This document shows positions 63,343 to 64,000 of a stretch of 64,000 bases of DNA, piece after piece; position 1 is the first letter of the stretch, and every line of letters begins with the position of its first letter. Below the pieces are notes generated by a model. That model did not search any database. It worked only from the letters and a program-made list of their open reading frames with translations, and was not told the DNA's origin. The stretch covers positions 15,996,001 to 16,060,000 of the forward strand of contig NC_043014.1 in NCBI RefSeq assembly GCF_006345805.1, read 5' to 3'. Position numbers and translations under genes: made by a program. This stretch comes from Octopus sinensis. Lineage: Eukaryota.

Positions 63343-63740
63343 GAAGGAGCGTGACTCAGTGGTTAGGGGTATTCGGCCCACGGTCGTAAGGTCAGGAGCT
63401 CGGTTCCTGGCCACACGGCGTGTCCTTGTGCAAGACACTTTATTTCCCCATCGCTCCAGTCCACTCAGCAGGCAAAAATGGTTTCTCTCACATAATTTTT
63501 TTAATGCGGTCAAAAATTCAAGCTTTGATCAAATACAAGATGCATTCCAACAGTTTTCAGCCCTTTCTTAAAATGAGTATTACCTGTGTTGCAATGGGCC
63601 AGCCTTGTCGCATTCTATGTCATGCTGAATCCCCTGGGAACTACGTTAAGGGTACGCGAGTCTGTGGAGTGCTCAGTTACCTGCACATTAATTTCACGAG
63701 CAGGCTGTTCCGTTGATCGTATCAACTGGAACCCTCGTTG
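63343..63740 (+). mobile_element. tRNA-derived SINE, diverged (family of 60873)
   Basis: GAAGGAGCGTGACTCAGTGGTTAG head, GCAAGACACTTTATTTC core. Confidence 0.75.
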
Positions 63741-63764
63741 TATATCAGTATATCTGTGCGATTA

Positions 63765-63903
63765 AGTACTCGCTTTGCAGCCACGTAGTTTCGGGTTCAG
63801 TCCCACCGCACGGCACCTTGAGCAACTATCTTCTACTATATCTCCGGACCGACCATTGCATTGTGAGTGAATTTGGTAGACGGAAACTCTGTGGAAGCCC
63901 GTC

Positions 63904-63905
<2 letters not shown>
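63765..63905 (+). mobile_element. SINE 5' half (family of 23162) running into (TA)n
   Basis: CGGGTTCAGTCCCACCGCACGGCACCTTGAGCAA..TTGGTAGACGGAAAC..GAAGCCCGTCG. Confidence 0.8.
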
Positions 63906-63950
<45 letters not shown>

Positions 63951-63968
63951 TATATACATATATATATT

Positions 63969-63999
<31 letters not shown>

Positions 64000-64000
64000 A

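Overview
AT-rich, microsatellite-dense animal genomic DNA. The SINE/RTE/mariner repertoire looks like an octopod cephalopod (inference from repeat families, no search run). No intact host protein-coding gene is supportable; most six-frame ORFs are repeat or low-complexity artefacts. Three themes stand out. (1) Bases 1-~12.3 kb are a hierarchical tandem array (diverged ~0.4-0.7 kb monomers inside 2-3 kb higher-order copies, plus 31- and 32-bp minisatellites). The array keeps minus-strand splice signals in almost every monomer, including a recurrent 34-nt GT..AG segment, and links to a chain of upstream exon-like segments and a YY1-type promoter near 19.75 kb: a candidate repeat-rich multi-exon lncRNA that runs off the left edge. 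(2) Four minimal type-I hammerhead ribozyme folds from three repeat families occur (27.7, 33.4, 38.4, 46.2 kb). The best one carries a compensatory U3-A8 core pair, an extra core nucleotide and a palindromic stem III. (3) The rest is a nested transposon landscape: a decayed RTE LINE with a PHD finger inside the RT, a Penelope-like GIY-YIG remnant, mariner, piggyBac, CR1 and Ty3/gypsy remnants, MITEs, a 1.3-kb foldback and tRNA-derived SINEs.
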